A DNA stretch of 52,439 bases from an uncultured Bacteroidaceae bacterium (GTDB lineage Bacteria > Bacteroidota > Bacteroidia > Bacteroidales > P3). A model generated the notes under the pieces. That model searched no databases. It was not told where the DNA came from and saw only the letters and a program-made list of their open reading frames with translations. Of the stretch, positions 27,601 through 39,600 are shown in pieces (positions within the stretch are counted from its first letter, which is position 1; the number at the start of each line of letters is the position of its first letter). The position numbers were made by a program, and so were the translations under genes. The stretch is taken from positions 7,802 through 60,240 of the forward strand of contig CAYVJX010000001.1 in the NCBI GenBank assembly GCA_964451895.1. The letters run 5' to 3'.

Positions 27601-30600
27601 TTGCCGTTTACATACCACTTGTGGTTTATCTTGGAGGCGATAGTGCCGGCACTGCTGGAAAGTTCGATGTTCTGCAATTCAACATAGCGTACAGGATCCA
27701 CCGACGTTCCGGGACTGTACATCGAGATTTCCGGGTTAAAGTTCAGGCTCGGGCTACGTTCCTTGACACGGCGAACCAAAACTTCGTTCTGATAGTAGTT
27801 GATATAACCGCTCTGGCGAACGATAAACAATACATCGCCTTCCTTATACGAGCCACCTGTCCAGACATGGTTGCCGCGTTCGTAAATCCGCAGGTTGTTT
27901 TCTCCCGAACCACCCACCAGATAGAATGTATAGTCGGCATCGTAGCCGCACCAGTTATACCACCAGCCGTAGCAACTGTTGTGGGAACGGCCTTCGTAGT
28001 TGATACCCACCATGGCATAACCTTCCTTACCGCTGATTACATAACGGTACATAAAGTTGCCGTGCAGTACGGTGGGCGAAGTGATATAATTCCAACCAGC
28101 ACCTTGGCTACCGTCTTTGATAATCTGACCGCCGGCCATAGGAATCAAGGCGGGAGAAGTGAAATCCCAGGTGGGGTATGCCATTTCCGGATTGTAGCAG
28201 GAATCGAGCGTTTGTTCCACATGCGCCCAAAGCGTGTCGGCTCTTATGATGCCTACATAGGCCGTGTCGCGGGTAACGCAACCGTGACCACCGTCGGCTT
28301 CCACCATAAAGTAGGTAGGCAAGGAAGGCATCGGAACAACCACCGTATTGGTATCGAAACCAAAAGCTCCATGGTTGATGTAAACGGTTTCGTGAACCGT
28401 ATCGGGGGTAGCCCCGATATAACGGATAACCGTTTGTTCATAACCGTTGAACATCGTCCACGTATAGTGAACGTTGGTGTCTTGCCTGGGCTGTGCCTGC
28501 AAGGTCAGATCATGTCCGATACAGAGCGAATCGGGCGTGGAAGCCAGAGTGGTGTTATAGATAACTCCCAACGTATCGAAGTTGCTCATTATCTGTTTAA
28601 CCACCAGACACGGGTTGAGGCTGGTAAGTTTGAACTGGAACCTGTCTTTGTTCGCCACCGTTCCTGTATAGGAAACCGTATCACGTTGGCTTTCACCCGT
28701 ATGGCCTACCGTATAGGTAGCCACCTGCGAACCGTTGCGGTAAAGAACCGCCGTAGCGAGCGTATCCCACCATTGACCGGTAAGGATGAACCGAGGCGTT
28801 TCGCCCTCGCAAATCGTTTGGCGGATCAGTTCGGCATTGAGCGCAAGTTCCTGCTTGATATTGCGTACATATACCGTATCGTAGGCATGGCAGTTCTTAG
28901 GTGTCTTGACATCTACGTAGTAGGTAAAGAAGCCTGTATCGGCGCTGTTGAAAATCTTGTACGAACCGTTCGTATAGCCGTTGCCGTTGCTGATTCGGGT
29001 GGTAGGTGTCCAGGTATAGGTGTTGACTTTCTTGTAGTCTTGGTCGTATGCCGAATCAAAGATGGCCAAGTCGTGGCTGATGCAGACCTGAAGCGTGTCG
29101 GGCATCTTGATATGCGGCAGCGGATGAACGGTAAGGTTCAAGGTGTCGAGCGTGTAGCAACCACTGTACTTGTTGACCATCTTGGCTACCAACACGCCGC
29201 TTTCCTCAGCATCGAAACTGATGGCGTTGTCGTAGGGCGAAGTCAGAGCCACGGTGTCGGTAGGCGTGATAAACGTCCATTCGGTACGATAGAAACGGTC
29301 GGTAACGCTATCGGGAACAGCACCGTTCCTTACGCTGAAATAGAGGCTGTCGGTGTAGCAGACTTCCCTGTCGGGACCCAAATTCGGATCAGGCAGTTCA
29401 AACACAACCACCACAATACGCTTAAAGTCGGAGCAACCTTCATCGTTTGCACCCGTTACGCGATAAGTGGTTGTTTGGGCAGGCCATACCACAATGCTGC
29501 TGTCGTGAACGGTGGCAGTATCCATATCCACCGGTAATGTCCATTCATAGGTTTTGGCACCGCTGGCAGTCAAACGAACCGAATCACCGCGGCATACGTA
29601 AGCCGTATCCGCCAACTGCAGGAAGTTGCCCGGATCGGTGGGATGAACCGTAATGGGGTTGGATTCCGCGTTCTCACGCTCCATGCAGACATCGTTGCTG
29701 TGAACCACAAGCGTTACCACATCATAGGGTTCAAAACGGTATTTATGGTCATAGAGGGTATCTTCGCCGTTGCCGAATTCGAACGGAACACCGTTAACCA
29801 TCCAATTGTAGTCGGGTTTGTTTACAGGCGGTTCATATACCGTTGAACCGAACACGATACTGGAATTCCGGTATTCGATATACGCACGCATATTGGGTCG
29901 CCTGCAATTATCCGCATGGAGCGAGAAACCGCCACGATACAAACCTATCGTATCGCGGGTCTGCGAAGTATGGAACACCACCCCGTCGCGCAGGTAGCGA
30001 ACCACACTGTCGGCTATTTCAACCGTATATTTCTGAGCCGTGTTGTAACCGCCGAACGAACCCTTATAGTCACCGTTTTCGTAAATCTGTATCGTGCCAT
30101 AGTCAAAATAGATGGCGTAATCGATATGCGAATAATGCGTAACGTCCTTGCGCGAGGTAAGACCGAACATCTGGTGGGAGGTGGTGTTGCCCGCATAGGC
30201 GCTCACACCGCCATTGTCTTCGATGGTCTGTTGCGAAACGGCACCCGTGTTCCAATATTGGTAGCTGCAATTGGCAATAATCGTGTTGCCGCTTACGCTA
30301 AGCGGTCCATAAACGTGCGTAAAGGCCACCTGTTCTTCTCTCAGCGAGTTGCAAGCCTGCAACACATCCTGTTCGATGATGACACCCAAGGCCTTGCGCG
30401 GTTTGATATAAACAAGCGTATCATCGGCATTCAGGTTAGAGGGTACGGCGCAGATATGCTTGGTTTCCAAACGGGCCGTTACCCTGCTCTGCCTATATGC
30501 GCTGTCGCGGTGGCCGGCAATAAAGGCAGAATAAGAAAGTGTCAAAGAGTTGGGTGTACCCACTTCCATACCGTCAACCAACCAAACCAAACGGTAGTCG

Positions 30601-33600
30601 CTGCCTTGGTCGGCAAGTCTGGCGGTAAAGACTGTTGTAGCCCCTTCACAAACAGTATCTCCGTTTCCATCTACACCCGAATTCAAGCCTACGATTTCAA
30701 CCTGTGGCTTGTAGAGCGGATAATTGTCGAACCTAAGCGTGTTACTTTGCTTGGGCGAATACTTGATACAGGTGTCTTTGGCCACATAGATGCAGTAAAC
30801 CTGATCGCCGGTAGCGAATCTCGATACCAAAGAGTCTCCGGTATGTACATGGGCAAAACGGCTGCTGTCGGCATACTTCACATACCATTCGAATATACCG
30901 GTATCGTAGGTGGGAGCATGCGCCTGGAAGATAACCACTTCTTCGTTAGGACAAACCTTAAGACCCTTGTTGCTGTTGATGGAGACAACCGCTTCAGGCA
31001 TCTTGGTGTATTTAACGAAGAACTTGTTGCTCTTTACTGTACGTTCCGTAACACAACGACGGGAAGATTCCATTTCCACATAAAGCGAGGAATGGTCAAC
31101 CATATAAGGATAATGGTCGGAGAAGAGGCTGTCGTGGCTTACGTCTTCGCCATTGAAAATCCATTTGTATTTGGGTTCATCGCCAGCCCACTCGCTTTCG
31201 TAACTGAAGAAATGTTCACGCTTGTCGCATTCGATAATATGAACGGTATCGTTGTAGCGGATACCTTCGTAGTCGATGCTTACTGCCGGCGTTTCGTTCT
31301 GTTCCACAAATACCCGGATGGTATCGGTAAACGAGCAATAGCGCGGTGCAGGCGTGTTGATGGTGTAGATATAGTAAGTAAGCGAATCCAAGGGGATGAC
31401 TGCCGGCGTTATCGTATTGCGTGCCGTATTGTCAGGCAAGGTCCTGGCCGTATTGGTATCACGCACGGCAACTTCGCGCCAGCTATAAGTAACCCCTCTG
31501 GTGCTGGCAGGTACAGCCTTGAGCGACAACTTCGAGCCGGCACAAATCGTGGTATCGGGCGTAAGGGCAGTGAACAAGGGTTCGGGCGTAAGGGTAACGC
31601 TATCAATACCCGTACATCCGTGCCTGTCTGTACCATATACATAGTAGGTGGTTACCACGGTAGGACTCACCTTGGTTACCGTATCAAAGTAAATGAACGA
31701 ATTACCCTTCATCGGCATCACCGCCGTATCATCCGTTCCGAAATATGCCCATCTGTAATACTGGGCGCTGTCGGCCCTAAGCTTTATGATATCACGACGG
31801 CAGAAAGTAAGGTCGGAAGCAGGTTCCACCATCTTGACCAAAGGAACATATACCAACGGCTTGATGGCGTTCGACATAGCCAGACGTTCCGTTACGCAGC
31901 CAATGCTGGAAGCCAATGCGCATTGAACACTGTCGCCCGGCAACAGGGTGCTGATATAAAGCGTCTTGCCGTCTTTTGAAGCATAAGCCAACGTATCCTT
32001 GCCTTTCTTGACGGGCAACGAAAGTTCGTTTCCGTTCACATACCAGTAGTACAACGGCTTCTTACCTTCAAAGTGAACCGAATCTACCGTAAAGGTTACA
32101 AAGTTGTTCAAGCAGACTTCCGTGGTGTCGGCACTGATGAATATGGCAACCGGCAGAGGATCGGTGGCGATAACATGGAATATGCCGGTGGTATCAGGTT
32201 CACAACTATTCTTCTGACCGATAGCACGATAGAAGAGCGTATCGCCGCGTTCCATCTGCTTGGTAGAGCAAGTGAAGGTTGTACCTCCCAACACTTCCGT
32301 CCAATCGGCGGAATCCTTGGTGGTATCGGTGGCCACTTCCCAACGATAGCTTGCCATCGAAGTATTGGGCACAGACATATAGCCTACCGAGTCGATGCAG
32401 ACATAGTTTTCACCTTCGATTTCTCCGATATTCGAATCATCATATACCGAAACCTTAATGGTTGAACTGATGAACGGACAGCCATCATAGTAAACCACAC
32501 GGCGGATATATCGGCTCGAATCTATCGCATTGATCCATGTGTATTTAAATGCCGTATCATCCGGAGCCGGGCAGGATTTGAAATGAACTTCATCCATTCC
32601 ATACTGCCACTGATAGGTATATCCGGAAGGCAGATCATTTCCTCCAAACTGAACGGAATCCGTTTCAGGACACAAAGTTCCACCCGGTACCGGCCCGCTG
32701 ATGATGTTGGTTATCGGCTGGTGGATATGAACACGATACTCTTCGGTAAGGTGGGCAGGACATACCCCGTTCGATACCCACGCACGATAGTGGTTGGTGG
32801 CGCACTCACCTGTACGCAGAACGCTATCGGAAGAAGCCCCCATGTCGCTCCAGATAACACCCTCGCAAGATTTTTCCCAAACGATGGCATCCCCAAAGTA
32901 GTCTTTCAGCAGAAGCAGATAAGACGTATCCTGACACATGGTTGTATCCGGCGTATAGATATGGCCGGCCACCGGCAGGTTATCCACCTTAACCGTTACC
33001 GTATCGCGCAAAGTGTCGGCAGCCGTATGACCTCCTTCGGTAAGGTTAACCACCATAACGGCAAATGTGGTCTGGCTATTGAGAACCGGCTTGGTGGTAG
33101 CCGTGCTATCGACAAACGCGCCCGAAGGCAATTCTTTCCAATGATAGGCGTATTTGCCCGAACCGCCTTCGGCAAGAACATTCAGCCTAGCCGTATCACC
33201 CTGACAAACAACTTCGGGTGCCGTTACCTTGATGCGGAACGGACCGCCGGCAATGGTAATATCCACATCGTCTTTGCCCACACAACCCGAAACGGTATCG
33301 GTGGCATACAAAGTTACCGTGGTGCCCGTATAGAGACGGTTGGTATATACCGGATAACGCAGACTGTCGTAACTGATGCCGTTGCCTTTCCAGCGATAGG
33401 TATATTCGCCCGAACCGCCGATAACCTGTGCCCCCATACCCACCTTGGCCTTTTCGCCATAGGGCAGGTCTATCACATCGGGACCCGCATAAACCACCGG
33501 GGTTTCAAACACCTTGACCTGAACCGTATCGTAGGTTTCCTGCGGAGTGGTGCAGAACTCTTTAGCCGTGGCTTTCACCACATAGGTATAGATACCGGCA

Positions 33601-36600
33601 TCCAGACTGTCGATACGCAGAATCTGCGCGGTGGCATCGTTCAAGTCCATGCCGTCCTTATACCATTGCAGGCTTACGGGAACGCTGTTGTCGCTCAAAA
33701 CGGCCTTGAGCTGATGTTTCTCTTGTGAGCAATAACGGTTGAAATCCTTTTCGATACCCACATAGGTAGGTTTGCCTTGCTTGCTTTCTACAGTATAGAT
33801 ATACTGCATATTGCAACCATCTTCAAAACCAACTTCAACAGGAATCTGAACCACCGAGCCCGCATTGCCCGCCACCACTTTATAGGTTTTGGTGGTGTCG
33901 CCATTGGGCCAAAGGAATCTCTTGCCGCCGGGAATGCTGATAAGAATCGTATCGCCCACGCAAACCGTAGCATTCATATATACCGGATCGGTGGTATAGT
34001 TCAAGGTAAAGGTTTGGGAACTCTGGCAGATGAAACCGTTTACGGTAAGCGTGGCTTCCAAACGACCCCTCTGCAGGGATGAAGGAACATCCACTCTCAG
34101 CGTGTCTCCCGTAGAACTGGGCGTGGCGGCCGTTTCGGGATAGAACCAACGATATTGAACGCTGTCGTTGTGGCGAGCCTTAATGGTTATCATGCCACCC
34201 GGACAACCCAGATAAGCGTCTTTGAGATCCGTTACAATCTGAGGCAGGATATTGACCTTAACCGTAGAAGGCTTGCTGTTACATTCGTCAACCACTTCAA
34301 CGGCACTGAAAATGTAGTTGCCGGAAGCCAAACCACTAATGTCATACGGATTGGCACGGCTTACCAACTGTTTGAGCGTAAGATCCTTGTACCAATTGAT
34401 AGCCCCACCGCGAGCCGCATCCACTTCCAAAGGCTTGCGCGCGCTTTCGGCACAATAGGTAGTGTCGGAACTGAGCATACGCGGCGCTTCGGGCGTGTTG
34501 TAGGCGTAGAACTCTACCGTATCATATACGTAGCAACCCGTAACCGTGCGGACCGCCACCGGATATGTTCCGTTGGGAATATCGATAAAGTCGGGATCCG
34601 GACCGAACGACTGTGGATCGAATATCGAGTATTCCAAAGTGGTATCGCCTTGGGCATAGATACTGATGATACCGTCGGTCAATTCGCAGGAAGAAGGATA
34701 TACTTCATCAATGTAGTTGATTACAGGCGCCGTACCGATAAATACTTCCACCTTGACCGTGGCGCTCTTGCAAGCACCCAACTGCTGATAGAGATAGAAC
34801 GTCTGACGACCCACGATAGGATCAAACGGCATGGAGTCGCCCGTATGCACCAAGGTTCTGCAAGTGTAGTCCGAGAACCATTTCACTTCCGCTTTCTTGG
34901 TTTTCGGATCCAGAATCAGGTATTGAGGCAGAACATCCCCCACGCAATACGGACCGGCGTTGGCCACCTTAGGTTCTATCGGGCCATTGGGATCACGCAG
35001 GCTGATTTCCGATTTCTTACTCCAGCAACCGTTGTTGTCTGACACTTGAAGCGTGTACATGCCGGCACCCACATTATCCAAAATGTTTGTGGACTTGGCG
35101 GTATCGTTGAAATAGTAGGTATAAGGCTGATTACCACGCGTAGCGTTTATCGCTATCTTACCGTCGGTGGCGGCACAAGCCTTAGGATTGGAAGCCAACG
35201 AAGTGAACGAAGGCGATTCCTTAACACCCAAGTTGATAGACTGCGAACGCATGGGGTTCGGATTAACGCACTGGGCAACGATGCCTTGCGGGGTAAGATA
35301 CGCCTGAACAATATCGTTGGGATATACCTCTTTTATAACAAATACGCTGTCGCGGGTAACATAAACACGCTTACCGTAAGAACCGCTGATAACAACGTCT
35401 ATCTTCTTCTGCAAACCGCTAAGGTTGGTGATGAAGCGAATCTTGGCGGGATCATTTTCGCAACGCGGCGTATCCACCAAAGCGATATCGAAGTAAACCG
35501 AATCGATAACGTGCAGGGTTATAGGATTGCTCGTGGAGTCAGGTTCACAGTAACCGCTTACGTGCAGACGGTACTGATCGCCGTCTTCTTCCCTCTGAAT
35601 ATTCTTAACCAACAACTGAGCGGTACCCGTGTTCGCATACTTGGTATCCGTTGAAGAGAGGCTGGTCCAAACACCGCCATCGAGTTTCTGCCAATCGTAG
35701 GTGAGCGAGGTTTCCCCGGGAGCCGGCTGTCCGCTTACCTTGGTGGTAAAGCGTGCCTGGCCGTCCAAGCAGGCATATATATCAGACTGTTGCGCTGTAG
35801 CCGCTGTAGAAGGCCAAACCTTTACAGAAATTTCCTTGCTGGCGGTACACTTCTTGTCGGAGAATACCGTTACCTTATACTTGACGGGAATAACGGGCTT
35901 AGCTTCCACCAACTGCGATTTGTTGGTGGCGTTGCGGCCGGTAACGATGGAGGTTTGCGGACTCCAAGACAAGCTGTCGATATGGTTGCCAACCACAAAC
36001 AGGCGCACGGCCGTACCCGGACAAATCGTGGTATCGGATGTACTCGATGCGATTTCGGGAGCCGGGTTGAGCTTGACGGTTACCGCCGGGGTACGCACCG
36101 GATTCTGAAGCGGACAAGCATAACTCAAAGTTACTTCGCAAGAAATGCGGTCGCCATCTTTAGGAGCTTTCGTATAGGAAGCGTTTCCATTAAACCCATC
36201 CTGCAAAGTATCATTCAAATACCAGCGATACTGGCTCAAATTACCCGAATAGGCATCGCCCGTCACATTCAATTTGAACCTGTTCGTTTCGTTGGAACAG
36301 AGAACGGTATCACCCACAATTACCGGATGGCTCAACTTACGTGCATTAACCGTAACCGTTATCTTGCCGAATACCGAATCCACCCCATCGAACACTTTGA
36401 TGATATATTCGGTTTTTCCTACCGGACTCACCGTAGAGAGAACGTTGGTGTCGGCCGAAACAAAGTTTGTATTGACCGGCGTGGTATCGAGAGGAACAGA
36501 CTTCCACGAGAAAGTATAGTTGCCCGAACCGCCGTAAGGTTCAAACGGCAGACGAACCGTATCGTTTTCGCAAACCGTGAGTTTTCCATTCTGCGGAAGC

Positions 36601-39600
36601 ACACCCAGCGGACCGCCCTTCAAGCTTACCTTATGGGAATGGCTACCCGAACAGCCATGAATATTGGTAGCGGTAAACGTGTAATCTACTGGACGCTTGA
36701 TAGGCTTGGTGGTTGCCGATAAAGCATTGCTGGCACTCGATAGCTCGTCAGCAGGAGTCCATTGGTAAACCAAGGCCTGACTTTCGCCGGGTTCAACGCC
36801 CGTGCTTTTAACCTCACCCAGCAAGGTATGCTGCGTATTGTATTGAACGATAACGGTAGTGTCCGAACCCGAATGAACCACCGGATTCTTGTGCGCTCTC
36901 AATAAGAATGTATCGGTAGGTTCGGGGTTGGATACCGGACATTCATAACCCGTGTAGATAAACGCTTGTATAAACGCACTGTCTTCCGCCTTGAACACGA
37001 ATTCCTTGCTCTTGCCGTTTTGTTTGCTTACGCCATTTACCCGCCAATCGATGGAATACTTCGAGGAAACCAGCGGATTCTGATGCGAAAGAACAAACTT
37101 AACCTGCGAGCCTTCGCACACCATGGTATCGGGCTGAACCGAAATGCTTCCGATAGCGTGCTGTATCGGATTGATGTACAAACGGGCAACCCCCGTAAGG
37201 TATTCAGGCGTATTGGAATATATGGTATCCCGTTTGGCGGTTTTGTCTTTAACCCCGCTTACACGGCAACGGAACTTGTAGCCGTTCATGCTCATGTTGA
37301 GCGGCGTGATGTTGGCGGGCATATTGCTCGAATCACGACCGATATGCAGACGGGAATAATTGGAGGTTGTGATAATCGTATAAGCGTTCACCAAACTCGG
37401 GTTGATATCCTCCCAGTTGCCCGTTCCGGGGTCAACCTGCCAATCGAACGACATGGACGCACCCGAAGCGGTTATCTCAAAATCGGCTACCGTGCTGTCG
37501 CAAACCGTAATCGGCTTGGGCTGGTTCAAGATGCGTACATCGGTATAGACTTCCACCAATACCGTATCATCCACCACACAACGCCACGGTTCGGTAAGCG
37601 TTACCTTGTAGCGGGTGGTGGCACCCGGCTTAACCGACACATCGCTTCCCGAACAGGAACTACCGCAAGGAGACCATTTATATTCGGCTTCAGGACTACC
37701 GCCCACGGCCTGCAAAGGAGCGGTCTCACCCAGATTGATACCGAAATGATTGGTAGGAACACCACCGTAGAGAATATCCAGATCGGGTTTATCCTTTACA
37801 ACAAAGTGCAGCACGTTGGAAACCTTGGGACGGCAATCCACACAATGGATACTCGATACCAGCAACATACGAACGCTGTCGCCATCCTGTACCGAATCCA
37901 ACGCCAGATAATCCCAACCGCCCTGCAATACGGTGTCTTCGTTGTATAGCCAGATGAACTGAGGCCTGTCGCCACCGTTCACATAACTGGAGCTGATACG
38001 GATCGGATAGTTGCGGCAAACAAGAACACTATCCAAGTCTTGATTGATATTGCTGGCAATCCTAACGTTAACCGTTTTCTTTTCATCTACCGCCGTGCGG
38101 ATAGAACGTGTTACAAAAGGTCTTGCCGTAACACATTCCAACGAAGAATAAACCGCCACGGAAACATTGAAGCCGTCATCGATACCCGCCAGCTTCACAA
38201 TCGAATCGCGGTTCGGGTCTCCAATCGGATTACCGTTGATGCGCCATTCGAACAAGGCACTGTCACCAAATCCGTAGCCGGTTACCCTAAAGACAGCCGT
38301 ATCGCCGAAACACATCCGTTCATAAGGCATATTCGGCACTACCGAATCAATAACGGCATAAACAGGATCCTGATTCCTGGCCGCCACCACTGCCATGGCC
38401 ATCGGCAAGTCTTCGGCATCGGCGCAACCCGGATCGATGGTAACCGTATAAGTACCCGCCATCCTTGCCGTAAAGCCGGCACGGAACGGGCTTTGTTCCC
38501 TGGCCACCCAACCGTCGGGACCCCTCCATATATAGGAGGCACCCGCTACCGTATCGGTGGTCAGGAAAAGCGTATCGCCGATACAAACCATCGAATCGGC
38601 GTATATCCTATACGTTGTAGTATCACAAGGAATCCCCTTGCGGGCAAAACCATCGGAACGACCGCCGGCATAAAGCGGATAGAAGATACCCGGTACACGC
38701 ATGGTGATATGGCCGTCGCCCAAACCACCCATATACGGCCAAGCTTTAGGCGCCATCATTCCCATCGAATGATGACCGTCGCCGATACCCCCTAGGAACG
38801 GAACGGCGAAGAATATCTTCATGGTGGATGTAACATGGCCATCGCCGATACCGCCCAGGAAGTTGGGGGCATAAATCATCTTCATGGAAGACGAGGTGTG
38901 ACCATCGCCGATACCCCCCAAATAATTGGTGGCGTAAATCATCGGTGTGCCTTCCGAAGTATGACCGTCGCCGATACCACCCAAGTAATTGGTGGCGTAA
39001 ATCATCGGTGTGCCTTCCGAGGTATGACCGTCGCCGATACCGCCCAAGTAAGTAGGCTTGTAAACCATTGGCGTGCCTTCCGAGGTATGACCATCACCGA
39101 TACCGCCCAAATAGGTAGGCTTGTAAATCATCGGCATGCTTTCCGAAGTATGACCATCACCGATACCGCCCAAATAAGAAGGCTTAAAGATTATGGGCTG
39201 CTGAACGCTCGAATGCCCGTCGCCGATACCGCCTAAATAGGCCGGTTTGTGTATAATAGGCAACTGTACGCTTGAATGGCCGTCACCGATCCCCCCCAAA
39301 TACACCGGCTTGTGAACTACCGGATTCTGAACAAAAGAACCGCCATCCCCGATACCCCCCATAGCCGGACGTGCCGGCTTTGGCGACTTATGGATGACCG
39401 ACGCCCCAGAAGTTCCAATACCACCAAAGAAAGGTCCTTCGTCTTCATCCCCCAAGGGAAAGTCTCCGGGAAGATCCGCCGGATACGAAATTGGAATAAA
39501 GGGTTCCGGCAAAAGCATATCCCCATCAGAGGCCTGCGGATACAGCATAGGCTCCGCCAACGAGAACGCCTGATAACCCCGCCTTTCGGATACCGAAACA

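Noticed and set aside
24996-29537. A 1,513-aa plus-strand ORF and 26 similar plus-strand ORFs, for example 18822..22415, 2457..5774, 8655..11738, 22497..24914 and 29916..31979
   Set aside because: All share one register, identical to the codon register of the minus-strand giant ORF. Their translations lack signal peptides and recognisable motifs and are rich in G, V, I, R and H. The opposite strand gives coherent, motif-rich, repeat-structured protein with no stops. They are antisense shadows produced by avoidance of TTA, CTA and TCA codons.
38646-39422. A regular 63-nt periodic array that could suggest a CRISPR array or a non-coding satellite
   Set aside because: There are no alternating unique spacers. 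The period is a multiple of 3, and the array is in frame with the flanking coding sequence. Conservation is at the amino-acid level (GG[IL]GDGH), with synonymous and conservative changes between units.
38646-39422. RTX-type calcium-binding nonapeptide repeats
   Set aside because: The RTX consensus is GGxGxDxUx, repeated every 9 residues. Here the core is GGxGDGH and repeats every 21 residues with an unrelated hydrophobic, Pro-containing spacer.
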